A stretch of DNA of 46,081 bases, filler included, from Catajapyx aquilonaris (GCA_000934665.2; 2 parts of 2 records of this genome joined end to end with filler, not necessarily neighbours in it); one strand, 5' to 3'; numbered from the whole stretch's first letter, positions 1-11,727 are shown. Notes: generated from the letters alone by a model not told the origin. A program made the numbers and translations.

Positions 1-610
1 GGGGGCTGGCTACGTCGTTGGCTAGCGGTATGCAGGAGGGGGGGGGGAAGGGAGGGGGGTGAGGAGATGAGAACGTGGGGAAGGCAGGAGGAGCACCAGC
101 ATAACTGATGGAAATTCAAAGTAAAAAGTAATTCGAGGTAAAAATGCCGCATCTGGTCAGCAGCAGCAGACTTCGTGAAAATAATTTTTTTTTAGCATTT
201 AGACTCAGAAAAGTGCCGTTTTCAGATTTATTCTGGTGTTTGTTTGACAAGCTCTACCAGCATACCAAATTTCAGCATCCTAGGACCACTGGAAGTTACG
301 TATAATTTTGATGATCAGTGAGTGAGTGAGTCAGTGAGTGAGTGTCATATTTTGGCCGTTTCGGGAGTTTTTAGGATTTTGTAAGTCGGAAATGAAAAGA
401 GATATGAACATGGAAGTAAGGGGGCATTATTTTTAATCGATTTTTATCTACCCAAATAAAATTTTTGAAGCCACGTATGTTCACCAGTGCGAAGATTCGA
501 GGGGGTCAAAATGACGTGAGTTGTGTCGGGTAAAGGTGGTCCGGCAGTGCGGCGAGAACTTGGCGGGGGCACTGCCGTGCCCCCTAATACTGGACCTTGT
601 CATAAACTAG
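1..610 (+). mobile_element. 3' part of a Helitron/Helentron-like non-autonomous element
   Basis: Internal (GTGA)n microsatellite at ~316-344, a perfect GC-rich stem-loop GGGGGCAC-TGCC-GTGCCCCC at ~565-584, and CTAG|T at 607-611. The 5' end is not seen. Confidence 0.45.
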
Positions 611-1680
611 TTGAATACCCCTGTTCTAGCATTTCAATAATTAGTAAAAGATCCCTTCTATTTATTTTTGTGTCCTTGGCTCGCCTGGATGAGTCGGACG
701 GGGTATTTATTTAATAGGCACTGATTCTGGCGTTAAAATCTCCCATGATCAATAAGGGTCGGTTTTGAGCGGTTTTCCCCCAATTGTATCAAACAAGTCT
801 TTTATCAAACAGTCACTTTCACTTGTAGGAGGGAAGTACACCAGGCCAAAGCACCACTTGAATTTTGAATACTCAATCTCAACTAGTATATAATATGATT
901 CACTTATAATTAGACGGGTTTTTAAAGAGGAGTGGCAGAACAGTACCAGGCCCCCTGAGGGGCGACCCTTTGGGCACTGTCAAACAGCTGGTGACGAGTA
1001 TGTCTTATTTCCCTTCCAAAGATCCTTTTTTGACATCGTCTCGAGCCAAGTTTCTACATTCCCCAATAGTTTTAGGTTATCAGATATTTTTATGTCAGAG
1101 ACGAGGTCCGCAAGTCTAGCTCCGTTGCCATTCCACACAGAACACTCAGAGTGACCAACGGATTTCTTCACCTTCCTATGAGTTGTATTGGGGCAAGGTC
1201 ATTGGGTTGTAGGGTCGTGGTCCGTTAGTTGTACGATGCCTGCCGGGAGTGGCAGGGGGGGATGATTTTGATTTAGTCTGGCACCATGGTCACGCTCCTT
1301 GGAAAAGTTGGGTTGTTGAAGAGAGGTGATTGGGATTTCGGTAAGACTCCCGTCCACCCAAGTAGAGGGTTTATTTTTCACTATTAGGTGGTCTTTTGTC
1401 ATTCTTGTTTGTATACCCTTCTCCGTTAACAATTTCCTCTCCCTAATCAACTCCTTCCTTATTAGTCTCGTCTCTAAACCATAATCATGTGAAATCGAGA
1501 CGTTTGTCCCCTTCAACTTCTGCACATTTTGGAAAATTAGATTCCTGTCCGCTGTGTATGGGATCTTGGCAATTATTGGCCCATTTGGTTTTCGTCCTAG
1601 TAAGTGGGCCCTGTCAATAATATATTAAGTCCTTAATATTTAGCCTGTCTAGGAGGAAGTGACTGACAACATCACTTTTA
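611..1680 (-). mobile_element. Degenerate non-LTR retrotransposon (LINE) fragment: ORF1 C-terminus plus APE endonuclease of ORF2
   Basis: Minus-strand ORF1-type motifs IDRAH..G...PIIAK...DR..I....KLKGTNVSISHDY...TR..RKEL, followed by endonuclease motifs WN.NG, ETW, KGRPSGGL, VYFPP, IMGDFNARI and R.KD...N. Interrupted by a stop (980-982) and a frameshift. Confidence 0.85.
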
Positions 1681-2740
1681 AAGAGGTTTTATAAATATCA
1701 TCTGCAAATTATTTGAGTGATAAGGTAGTCCTAGCCAAAGCAACTGCTAGCTTCAGCGTATTAGTGAATTAGTGAATAACCGTCAGCTTCGGACGTCCCC
1801 AAGACAACTGTGGCTATTACATAACAATGGGGAGGTTTTTTCCGCATATGTAATGGGGCAATTCCACGAAAGAGCAGACATTGGGTGCAGTTCTTACATC
1901 TTGACGCAGTTGGAATCTGAGTGACTAAAACCGATAGCATGTGGACCATGGTTTCCTTAGCCATGTTAGTTTGTGACAGTATCATTCCCAACAACACAGT
2001 ATTATTCCCAGAGTATCTAAGCATGCGCTCTGTGATATCCATTTGGCTAATGCGCATTGCCAGCTGGTTATTCGCTGTACCGATATGTGAAAGGAAGAGA
2101 GACAGACGTCTTCATATAATTCAAGGGCACAAAATGGAACATCGATATGTGCAATCACTTTGCTGTATTCATGAATGTGTGACCTTCCACAGCCACACCA
2201 AGAAGTATCCAAAGGGCAAAAACTGACCTAGTTCCTATTTCAGTGCAGCGGAGCCATTATAAGATTACGAATTCACAGACATTCCAATCTCCAAAAATTT
2301 ATGATACTCCCAGTAAATCGCTGTAGGTTGTGCGTAACGATGCCGGGTGGTACGTAACTGGTGGATATCTCAAATGTTTTCACGTCCAATGACGGATTGT
2401 ACGTAACGAGATTTCAGACAATCGCACACGCGTGGATGGCCATCAAATGAAATTTCCATGAAGTCCCTCACCTTCACATTTCTGCGCTGCATCTGATTTT
2501 CATAACAGTTAATCTATTACAGCAAGTACCTAAACACCTCAATACAGCTTCCGATGGTCTGTACATAACGCGTGGAATTGCCCAATGGTTTCGCGCCACA
2601 TAACAGCCGCAGGCGGCCGAAGGCCTAGAAAAATTCTAGCGAAGCGAATGTTTTCATAGTTTCATGTATTAAATTCCTGTGTCAAGTCAAACAATATCAT
2701 GATAACATCTACCACGTAATATTTTTTCTTCTTCTCTTAG

Positions 2741-2973
2741 GGAGTGATGGGCAGCCAGGAAAAATGGTTGACCATAGTGATTCAGACTCGGATTCAGACT
2801 TGTTCGTGAACACCAATCGTGTAGAAGTTGACGTCTATGGAAATGAATCTGAGGATTCCTCTGATGAAAGAGAAGATGAATCTGATGCTTCAGATGAAGA
2901 CGAGGCCCAATCTGATGACTGTGAGAACCAGTTAGCTGATGAGACACCAGGTAGAGGAGTCAGCTGTATCTGA
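2741..2973 (+). CDS. EIF1AD: C-terminal coding exon of probable RNA-binding protein EIF1AD
   Basis: Acceptor ttttttcttcttctcttAG ends at 2740. Translation SDGQPGKMVDHSDSDSDSDLFVNTNRVEVDVYGNESEDSSDEREDE matches the EIF1AD C-terminal signature DSDLFVNTNR plus acidic tail. It either reads to TGA at 2971-2973 or splices at CAG|GTAGAG (2950/2951). Upstream exons lie outside the window. Confidence 0.8.
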
Positions 2974-3024
2974 TTCCTTGACTTATATGTACAATTAAAA
3001 TTATGGTTCTAATGATCACAAGAT

Positions 3025-3185
3025 TATTTATTTTATTTTTATTTTATTTTATTTCACTACCCCTTGCTCAGTACATTACGTCCTGCTTCGGGGGGTGGCA
3101 TACCACCATCAGTTTTTCTGTATATTTTTCCTCTTCATTCACCGGTGCAAGGAAACAAGGACAATGGGAAAGGATAGGGATCACA
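3025..3185 (-). mobile_element. 3' fragment of tRNA-derived SINE family C
   Basis: Reverse complement matches 33130-33270 (cttgcaccggtgaatgaag...aaactgatggtggtatgccaccccc plus an A-rich tail). Confidence 0.65.
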
Positions 3186-3424
3186 AGATTATGTTTTGTA
3201 ATTTCATTGGTAACATAAATGCTAAACTTACTGCAATACAAACTTGAACTGGGTTTCTGAAGCAAAGTGGCTAGGATGACAGAAGATAGCCTGCTAAAAT
3301 TGAATTTAACTGTGCAGATGAATGAAGGCCTTGTGCTTTGGGAAGGTTAGTAGAGAGCCTTTCTGTTTGGGGGCTGAAATGGATGGTTGTTGCATTTCGG
3401 ACCCTTTCACTTTGAGCCATGCAT

Positions 3425-3426
3425 AT

Positions 3427-3461
<35 letters not shown>

Positions 3462-3895
3462 TTTGGGTACCCCCTTGAGACCTAGTGGTCAATGTAGGGG
3501 GGGGAGATCGCCTCCATTTTCTATGCGAAATAACTTCCGCTTTTTTTTTTCTTTCTCTCCGGTGCAGGGGACAGGGAAGGGATAAGGAGGGAGGGACAGT
3601 GGTGCAGTGCATTGTCTTGTGGTGGGGGCCGTGTGCAGTCCCTCAGGGGGCCTAGCTTGAGACACCCCCCCTAGGAGCGGGCCAGAGACTCCCCACCGAC
3701 ACCGTACCTCCTCCAGGCCAGGGAAAGGAAGGAAGCAGCTGTGGCCTATTTTACGGTACGATCCCGGAATTTTCCTGGGGCGACCTTGGAAAACCACAGA
3801 AAACCAAGGTCAGGACCGCCGGCCTCCGGGACTCGAACCCAGGACCTCCCGATTAGCAGTCGGACACCATATCCACTCCACCACTTCTGCTTCGG
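3425..3895 (-). mobile_element. Full-length tRNA(Ser-GCT-like)-derived SINE, family A
   Basis: Head with GACTGCTAATC arm and B-box GGTTCGAGTCC, body GGTTTTCTGTGGTTTTCC...AGGCCACAGC, (AAAT)n tail. Flanked by 14-bp TSD tttgagccatg(c/g)at (3411-3424 and 3896-3909). Second copy at 22745. Confidence 0.85.
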
Positions 3896-4106
3896 TTTGA
3901 GCCATGGATTGATGGATATTTATTTACAGACGAACTTCACTTATCCAGTCTCAGACTATTCTTAACTTCTGCTAATGCAAAGGGAAGTTTTCGGGTTTTC
4001 CTTCTAGCCTGAAACAGGAATTTCAATGCTGGGGAGATATAGTTAACCACTTCGCCCCCAGCTACACCCGCCATACTACACCAGTAGTACTAATCTCAAT
4101 CTCTCA

Positions 4107-5445
4107 TCTAATACATATTTCAAGACCTATATCTGTCTGTCACCTAAACAGATCCATACGGAGGCCTCCACATATGCCCCAGGGGTATCACCAGGGGTAG
4201 TTTTTTACCGGGAGTAACATAGGCACATTGGAATTCACCTCCGAGGTCATCCTTGGCCACAGGAGGCGAAAAGGACTTTGGAACACTCTTCTAATAATAA
4301 TGAGCAATTGGCTGTAAACAACACCTGTCTTGGGTTACCGAGGCAACCACTGAATGCCCAAGGCCTTGAATCACCCCCTCCCACCTCCCCCCCCCCTCCT
4401 GTCCCATGCACCCACCCTCCCACTCCCCCCCACCAACCCCGTTCCGTAATAATTAACTGTCCATATTTCATTATATTACAAACACAACAAAAAAAACACG
4501 TTCCCACGGCAACGACGTTCCATCGCGGTCAACAAGCAGTTCCATAATCTACACCGGCGCATTAGCAAAAAAAAACCGCAAAAATGAAGCCCTTGGAGAC
4601 GACCTAAACAAACTCGCTTATGCATGGACAGCATAATTATGGGGATTCGACATGTCTACGCTTCTGCGGCCGTACGGGCGCGAAAATGGTGCAATGGACA
4701 CAGAAATTGCACCAAAAAATAGGACATGATCAGGCGCAGGGCACCTTCGGCGTCATTTGACCATTTTCGGCCTAGAAGTGACATTTTCATCGAGTTGAAG
4801 TGAGAGGAAAATGGCGTTCCCCAAAAGTCCATTTGAATAACATGCGGCAGGAAACGCGATAAAGTCGGGAACGCTTCTGCGTCCATATGTCCAAAATTTT
4901 AATGCAATCATATCGAGTATGGTGCCATATAGTAAAGGCCTAACCTTTGCGCAGGGCCCAGGGCACCATCTTCGTGATTTTCCCGATTAACGGTGCATTT
5001 TGCTACAAAAATATAAAATTCCCTCAAAAATGCACCAACCGTATTTTTACTAATGCGCCGCCTTAACCTTAACGTGGTGGTGGGCCTTGAGTTCTCCAGC
5101 GACCCCATAGCTGCCTGCTGGCACAGTCATCCAGGCCAGATTGGCCATTTTGGGGTTGGGGAATGACTAAGAGAGGTGCCAGTCTTTCAATGCTATTCTA
5201 CATTTACTTCAAAACCTTCCATTTTTCATGACATACTTTTGCTGGATTTTTAAGGCGTATTGTGTACTCTCTCTTACAATCTGACATCCGCAGTTTGGTG
5301 TTTGGACTTCATGCACATGCAATATGCTCCATGTAACAGGTATGCCAACATTGTATAGCCATAATTATTTCAAAGGTTACTACCAAATCAATGACCTACA
5401 TGGAAAAGTCTTTCATAACCCGAGCAATGCCGGGTATCCTGCTAG
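4107..5445 (+). mobile_element. Non-autonomous Helitron, copy 1 of a head-to-tail dimer
   Basis: Starts A|TCTAATAC and ends with hairpin CCCGAGCAATGCCGGG followed by CTAG. No TSD. Collinear with 5446-6740. Confidence 0.9.
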
Positions 5446-6740
5446 TCTAATACATATTTCAAGACCTATGTCTGTCTGTCTGTCCGCTATGCAAATCCAT
5501 ACGGAGTCCCCAACATACTCCCGAGGGGATTGATTAGGGGTAGTTTTTTACCGGGAGTAACATAAGCACATTGGAATTGACCTCCGAGGTCACCCTTGGC
5601 CACAGGAGGCGAAAAGGACTTTGGAACACTTTTCTAATAATGAGCAATTGACAGTAAACATCACCTGTCTTGGGTTACCGCGGCAACCACTGAATGCCCA
5701 ACGCCATAATTCGCCCCCCCCCCCTCACTGCCCCCCCCCCACTCCTGTCCCATGCACCCACCCTCCCACTACCCCCCCCCCCCNNNNNNNNNNCCCCCCA
5801 ACCATCCCCGTTCCGTAATAATCAACAATTAACTTTCAATATTTCATTATATTACATACACACCCATAAAAAACACGTTCCCACTGCAACGACGTTCCAT
5901 CGCGTTCTACAAGCAGTTCCATAATCTACACCGGCGCATTAGCAAAAAAAAAAAAAAAGGTAACAATGAAGCCCTTGGAGACAACCTAAACAAACTCGCT
6001 TCTGCATGGGCAGCATATGGGGATTCGACATGTCCACCCTTCTGCGGCCGTACGGGCGCAAAAATGATGCAATGGACACAGACATTCTACCAAAAAAATT
6101 GGACATGATCTGGCGCAGGGCACCTTCGTCGTCATTTTACCATTTTCGGCCTAGAAGTGACCTTTTCATCGAGTTGAAGTGAAAGGAGAATGGCGTTCCC
6201 CAAAAGCCCATTCGAATGGCGGCAGGAACGCGACAAAGTCGGGAACGCTTCTGCGCCCGTATGTCCACAATTTTAATGCATTCATATCAAGTATGGTACC
6301 ATATAGTAAATGCCAAACCTTTGCGCAGGGCACCTTCTTCGTGATTTTTCCGATTAACGGTGCGTTTCGCCACAAAATTTTTAAATTCCTGAAAAATGCA
6401 CCTACCGTATTTGTCATCCAGGCCAGGTTTGCCATTATTTTTGGGGTTGGGGAATGACTAAGAGAGGTGCCGGTCTTTCAATGCTATTCTACATTTACTG
6501 CACAACCTTCAATTTTCCATTATAAACTTTTGCTGGATTTTTAAGGCGTACTGTGTACTCTCTTACAATCCGACATCCGCAGTGTGGTGTTTGGACTTCA
6601 TGCACATGCAATATGCTCCATGTTACAGGTATGCCAACATTGTATAGCCATAATTATTTCTAAGGTTACTACCAAATCAATGACTTACACCTACATGGAA
6701 AAGTATTTCATAACCCGAGCAACGCCGGGTATCCTGCTAG
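5446..6740 (+). mobile_element. Non-autonomous Helitron, copy 2 of the dimer
   Basis: Begins TCTAATAC immediately after the CTAG of copy 1 and ends CCCGAGCAACGCCGGG...CTAG|T. The dimer sits between host A4106 and T6741. Confidence 0.9.
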
Positions 6741-6847
6741 TACTCTCTAATCTCTATACTACTCATCATTTTTAGATGTGTAGGGTCCATTGATAAATCT
6801 GCCTAGGCATGGGCTGGCACAGGCTAACCCCAAATTGTGCTTTCAGA

Positions 6848-6913
6848 ATTGAAGGGTCCTCTGAAATAACCATGTAAGTGCACTTATCTGGTTATTGCAG
6901 AGAACCCTTCAAT
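6848..6913. repeat. Short near-perfect palindrome (hairpin/mini-MITE)
   Basis: aattgaagggtcctctgaaataacca...tggttattgcagagaacccttcaatt is self-complementary. Another small palindrome lies at 7279-7322. Confidence 0.6.
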
Positions 6914-7866
6914 TGTACTACAGTATCGATACATATTGTAAGTAGATGATGAGAGTTGGGAGCAGTGAGGTGTTGTGAAATGAATTGAAAGTAGTTATAC
7001 GACTGTTGCTGTATGTAATTCTCAGGTTCTGTCCCACTCATCCCCCTTACCCACATATCTGGCCAAAACATAATTCAATATGTATGTACAGTCATTAGCT
7101 CTTGGTACAGTACATTATCGCTCTGATAACAAAAAGAACAAAAAGAGAGGAGGAAGACAAGACACAGCATAAGCCGCCATGGAGGTTCTGGAGTCGAGAC
7201 ATACTGGCACCCTCACTCTATTCAAGTCAGAGCGAAGAACGTGGGACCAGGGGTTATTTTTATTTATGTATTTATTCACAGTATTGTTTAGTACATATCT
7301 GTACATGCACTAAACAATACTGCAGTGCTGCGCACTATAAGCATGAGGACATGAGGGGCCAAGTAGTTGTAAACTTGGCCGCCTAATGTCGCTTTGGGTC
7401 GTACTCGTACATGCACATCGCATGGCACATCGGCTGCTATACGGGCGCTATCATGGGCTGGTGATTGCTGGTGTAACTTCTCTCTCCCACTGCGCCCAGC
7501 GCCACTGGGATTTTAAAGCCAAAGATAAGGAACTTTATATTGTATAATATTTTAATATATGATACACTGTAATATTTAAATGTGATATATAACATACCGG
7601 CGTGAAGTGCTTGTTAATTAATAATTATATTGGGTAACTCCGGGTAACTCGGTAACTCGCAGCCAGCTCGCAGCGTATGCTCGCAGCAGCGAGATAGAAT
7701 CAGGTAGAGGCCGTAAAGGTCACGTGATCTTTCGCGTCCCTGCCACTTCACGGCAAGAACATGTGCTCATTTGAAATTGCCGTATTTCTAACCCTGTTCT
7801 CCTCTGTCTACACTCCTGCCTCCTGGCGGGGGGTGGGAATAAATAAAAACGTGTCCCCCCCCCCCC

Positions 7867-8109
7867 NNNNNNNNNNNNNNNNNNNNNNNNNNNNNNNNNN
7901 NNNNNNNNNNNNNNNNNNNNNNNNNNNNNNNNNNNNNNNNNNNNNNNNNNNNNNNNNNNNNNNNNNNNNNNNNNNNNNNNNNNNNNNNNNNNNNNNNNNN
8001 NNNNNNNNNNNNNNNNNNNNNNNNNNNNNNNNNNNNNNNNNNNNNNNNNNNNNNNNNNNNNNNNNNNNNNNNNNNNNNNNNNNNNNNNNNNNNNNNNNNN
8101 NNNNNNNNN
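7867..8109. other. Assembly gap flanked by C homopolymers
   Basis: Run of N. The ORFs spanning it are artefacts. Confidence 0.99.
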
Positions 8110-9124
8110 CCCCCCCCCCCCAAAAAGCCCCCTCCTCGCCCTTCCCCCAACTCGGGAACCTTTCACCTAGCGGGGGGGAGTCCAAGTACTTAGTTTGATG
8201 CGAAAGCCTTTTGGCCTGTCTGGTCTAGTGTCACTTCCTTGCTCCTTGCTCTCCTTGCTCTGGACAGAAAATTCTGCAAAATTCAGAATCAGAACAAGGG
8301 CATTTGAAGATGGACCTGGACGTGTATTGAAGCTTGGGAAAGAGCGTACCAAGAGAGTCCCAGCTGTGGAACTGAAAAACCGCCTGGAAATCGGTGAGTC
8401 TCGTGAGGGTAGGGTTGCCTGTGATTTGATATCCCTGAGGCCTGGTACTCGGAATGTATCGGCGCATCGAGGAAGGGTCTACCGGCAGTTGTGGATCACA
8501 TTAGTTTATTGCGATTAGGCTGTTGTCAGTGGGGAACTGGGGCTAAGGAGCATATGCAGCCCATTCACCGCCTCAATTAGGAAATAGTACCAGTGGGTTT
8601 TTTTTGTGGCAGAATGAGGGTCGCGACAAGGGATTCATTCCTGAAGCTGACCAAGTGAACAGGAATGTGGGCTGTGGCCTGTGGGGCGATGCGCGAGTCA
8701 GGCGGCCGTTCCTGGAATCGATACGATGCCCAAGAGGGGCAGGGCCAAGGGCAGGGTAGCGAGTGGGGCAGGTTTTTGTTGGATGAACTGCAGGGTGAAG
8801 GCACCACGACAAGGTGGGTCGACGGTGGGTGTAACGTCTGGACTGGTAGACGCGACACATGGGTGGGAGCAGGGTGGGAATAAGCCGCGGCGTTATTATA
8901 TTGTAGTCCAGCTGTTGCCCCCGCTGCTGACCCCAGCTTGCTGCTCAACATATCTTCTTGCCAATCTTGGTTATGAGGTGACCCTGACCCATGGCCAGTG
9001 GAACTCGGAAGTCTGAACCCCCTTCGTGTAGGTCACACAGTAATTAAACTACCGTATCCATACACGTAGGGGGGAAGCGGGGGAAGTGACAGGGGGCTGG
9101 TCACGTCTAGGTTTTGCATCCTTA

Positions 9125-9272
9125 GGGCCAGTTGCACCGGCCTCAGTATAACTTAGAACCTCGGGTATAACAAGAATTGCCATAGCAATCATTGTTGACC
9201 AACAATGATTGCTATGGCAATTCTTGTTATACCCAAGGTTCTAAGATATACTGAGGCCGGTGCAACTGGCCC
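9125..9272. mobile_element. 148-bp palindromic PIF/Harbinger-type MITE
   Basis: The entire element is an inverted repeat starting GGGCCAGTTGCACCGG, with 3-bp TSD TTA (9122-9124 and 9273-9275). Same termini as 28608-30427. Confidence 0.9.
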
Positions 9273-9314
9273 TTAGACCATATATGGTATATATGGTCTA
9301 AGGTTGCATCGTAT

Positions 9315-9358
9315 CGGTCACATAAAGTATCGATCACGCTTTGAGATGTGAATCGATA
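9315..9358 (+). promoter_or_regulatory. Candidate housekeeping-type core promoter of the F-box/LRR gene
   Basis: CGGTCACATAA (near Motif-1 YGGTCACACTR) at 9315-9325 and two DRE-like words, TATCGATC (9328-9335) and AATCGATA (9351-9358), just before a CpG-rich stretch and a splice donor. Confidence 0.45.
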
Positions 9359-9359
9359 T

Positions 9360-9743
9360 ATCATACGCCACCCAGCTGCGGCGCTGCGCCGGCTGCGGAC
9401 TGCGGAGTGTTTCCTGTTTGTTAGACGCAGTTATTGGGCTGCAGTGTGGTCATAAGCCATTCGAGTTCCAACCAGACCGAATTACTCATTTAATTTCCTT
9501 ATGTCATTTTTGGCGTGGTTACCGTGATAAGGTGAGGCCAGGACCTAGTCATGAAACACAGTTGTCTATTTTCTCATTAGAGCTGAAAGTAGTACCTACT
9601 CATGAATGAAGGCTGTTCCACAAATTCGGCGGAAAGGGAACGGGGCAATTTGCTGATTGTTTGCTTTCTCTGCAGGTTCAAGACTGTAACTGGTTAGGGA
9701 GAAAGAATCTTCCCAGCCACGTATTCACCTCTCGAAGGAAGAG
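9360..9743 (+). other. Putative non-coding 5'UTR exons (~9360-9531 and 9676-9743) of the F-box/LRR gene
   Basis: Donor AAG|GTGAGG at 9531/9532, acceptor ttgctttctctgcAG at 9675 and donor GAG|GTGAGT at 9743/9744. The ATG-containing exon has its own acceptor at 13206, so upstream exons are required. Confidence 0.5.
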
Positions 9744-10095
9744 GTGAGTCAGAGCAGACTAAAGTTGGAATGCCCCTATTCGCCATTTGTGATTTTTGTT
9801 TCCCATGAAACTTGTTCTGCTGTTAACAATCCTTGATGCCTTTCCTGATCCCCTCCTTGATATTATTCTCCAGGATGTTCCAAGCAGCCCCGTCACTCCT
9901 ACGATACGGTAGTGTCATATAAAAGTCTCCGTCTGCGGTGCTGGCGCCCCCCCCCNCCCCCCCCCCACATGGATCTATCGGTGTCAGCCACCCGAATCCT
10001 AGTCTGCAAATTATGCTCTCCGAGGAAGGGACGGTTTGGGTTGGTTCCGGAGGCGTCCAACCCGACCGACCCCCCAGTAGATTCCTGTGTGTGTG

Positions 10096-10740
10096 TACAG
10101 GTCTTGCATTAGCTCAGGGGACGGAAGTTTGTGTGTTTTTGTGATTTTACTATAGCTGTGGGGACATGTGTCCCCACAATTCAATTGTGGGGACATTTTC
10201 AGGTCCCCACTAAAAAAACACGCGCTGTGTACTATTACAGTGGGGACGTAAAAAAAATAGTGGGGACATGTCCCCATTATTTTCATTCGTAGGGTTTCAC
10301 AAAAGTCCATTTTTCTCAGCCTAGGTGAGTGAGGGTAGGGTAGTTTAGGTAGGGTAGGGTAGGTTAGGTTAGGGTAGGTTAGGTTAGGTTAGTTTAGGTT
10401 AGTTTAGGTTAGTTTACACTAGCTTCTAAAAGTGGAATTTTCACGTCCCCACAGCTAATTCAGAACAGAACTGGGTGTGTGTGTGTGTGCGTGCGCGTGC
10501 ACACATTGCTGTCCTTGTGAGGTATTTTTTATGCGTTTTTCCTATCCTTGTGAGGAATTTTGTCATTACGAGGTTGCACCTCATAGTGTACACACGCCTC
10601 ACAAGGACAGGGAAAAATCGAAAAAATTCCTCATAAAGACAGTAAAAATATATTTCACCAAATTTCGTGTTTCCTTGTAGGTTAGGTTAGTTTTAAATTT
10701 TAAATTTTGGAAAAACCTCACAAGGATGGGAATGTGCGCC
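10096..10740. mobile_element. Two adjacent unclassified elements embedded in (TG)n tracts, with internal (TTAGG/GGTTA)-like repeats
   Basis: Element 1 (~10096-10474) has repeated GTGGGGAC/GTCCCCAC words and a GGTTA-type array (10322-10415). Element 2 (~10500-10740) has CCTTGTGAGG/CCTCACAAGG inverted words. (TG)n tracts at 10086, 10475 and 10741. Confidence 0.5.
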
Positions 10741-10905
10741 TGTGTGTGTGTGTGGGGGGGNAGCACCAAATTCCCAGTCTGGCGGAGACTTGTACATTAT
10801 GCTACTGTCAACACAGGGCTAGGCTGGAAGCGACAGGGGGCCGGTTCCAAGTACAGTGGCTGTGTTGCAAAAACGAGCAGGCAGGTTGAAGGATAGGCGT
10901 GTATC

Positions 10906-11159
10906 AGGGCGACACAGTGGTGGAGTGGTTAGCACCGCAGCCTTCCACCTCTAAGGTCCCGAGTTCGATCCCCGGGTCAGACGAAGTATACTTATGTGGG
11001 TAGAGTTTCAATGCGTTCTCTCCGTGTTCCCGTGGGTTTTCTCGGGGTTCTCCCGTTTCCTCCCGCAATCAAAATCCATCACACAAAAGGCAATGATTAA
11101 AGACAGTTATTCAAAAGATGATCCCCTAACAGGCCCAAGGAGGCCTATCACGGGGTATC

Positions 11160-11217
<58 letters not shown>
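10906..11217 (+). mobile_element. Full-length tRNA-derived SINE family B with V-domain-like core
   Basis: A-box TGGTGGAGTGG, B-box GAGTTCGATCC, core GTTCTCTCCGTGTTCCCGTGGGTTTTCTCGGGGTTCTCCCGTTTCCTCCC and (ATT)n tail. 17-bp TSD aaggataggc(g/a)tgtatc (10889-10905 and 11218-11234). Confidence 0.9.
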
Positions 11218-11219
<2 letters not shown>

Positions 11220-11625
11220 GGATAGGCATGTATCCGCTGAAGATAAGGGCTGTATCGCAAGGAAGGAAGGAAGGAAGGTTGGGTTGGGTTGGTTTGGTAC
11301 GGTACGGTACAGCATACCCCCTTCTCCTGCCACATTCAGTCTGTCATTACGAAATCCAAAAAATCAATACTTGCAGCCTTGTGTTTGCGAAACAGCCACT
11401 ACCCCCGACCACTACTCACCCACCCGCCTTCTGCGATGCCTCTCTTCCCTACTCCTTTCGATATTTTTGTGTAGCTAGTAGTGCCCTTATTCTGGTGGCC
11501 CATTACGCCCAGGTGGTTGAATGTAGCAGTTGCTATAGAGTAGAGCACCTGGTATCAGAGAGAAACAATGTACACAAAAATAATGTCTTGAAGCAAAATT
11601 TCCTATAACTAAAGAGTCTCATGTA

Positions 11626-11725
11626 CTATATCGCCCAAAAAGATAGAGACGATTTTGCATTTGACTCTAGCGCAACTTGCACTTGAATCAAATGCCAATC
11701 GTCTCTATCTTTTTGAGCGATATAG
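11626..11725. mobile_element. 100-bp hairpin MITE with TA TSD
   Basis: TA|CTATATCGCCCAAAAAGATAGAGACGATT...AATCGTCTCTATCTTTTTGAGCGATATAG|TA. Shares its right TA with the next MITE. Confidence 0.75.
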
Positions 11726-11727
11726 TA

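Noticed and set aside
1761..2226. Overlapping ~100-aa ORFs on both strands
   Set aside because: No recognisable motif or convincing splice context. A decayed TE cannot be excluded without a search.
7720..8198. ORFs of 120-148 aa
   Set aside because: They span an N gap.
8195..9016. Cluster of GC-rich ORFs
   Set aside because: No recognisable domains. Likely the non-coding part of a repeat.
10994..11608. 204-aa ORF with poly-Leu (likewise poly-N/Y/I ORFs at 41448-42009)
   Set aside because: Produced by SINE bodies and (ATT)n tails.
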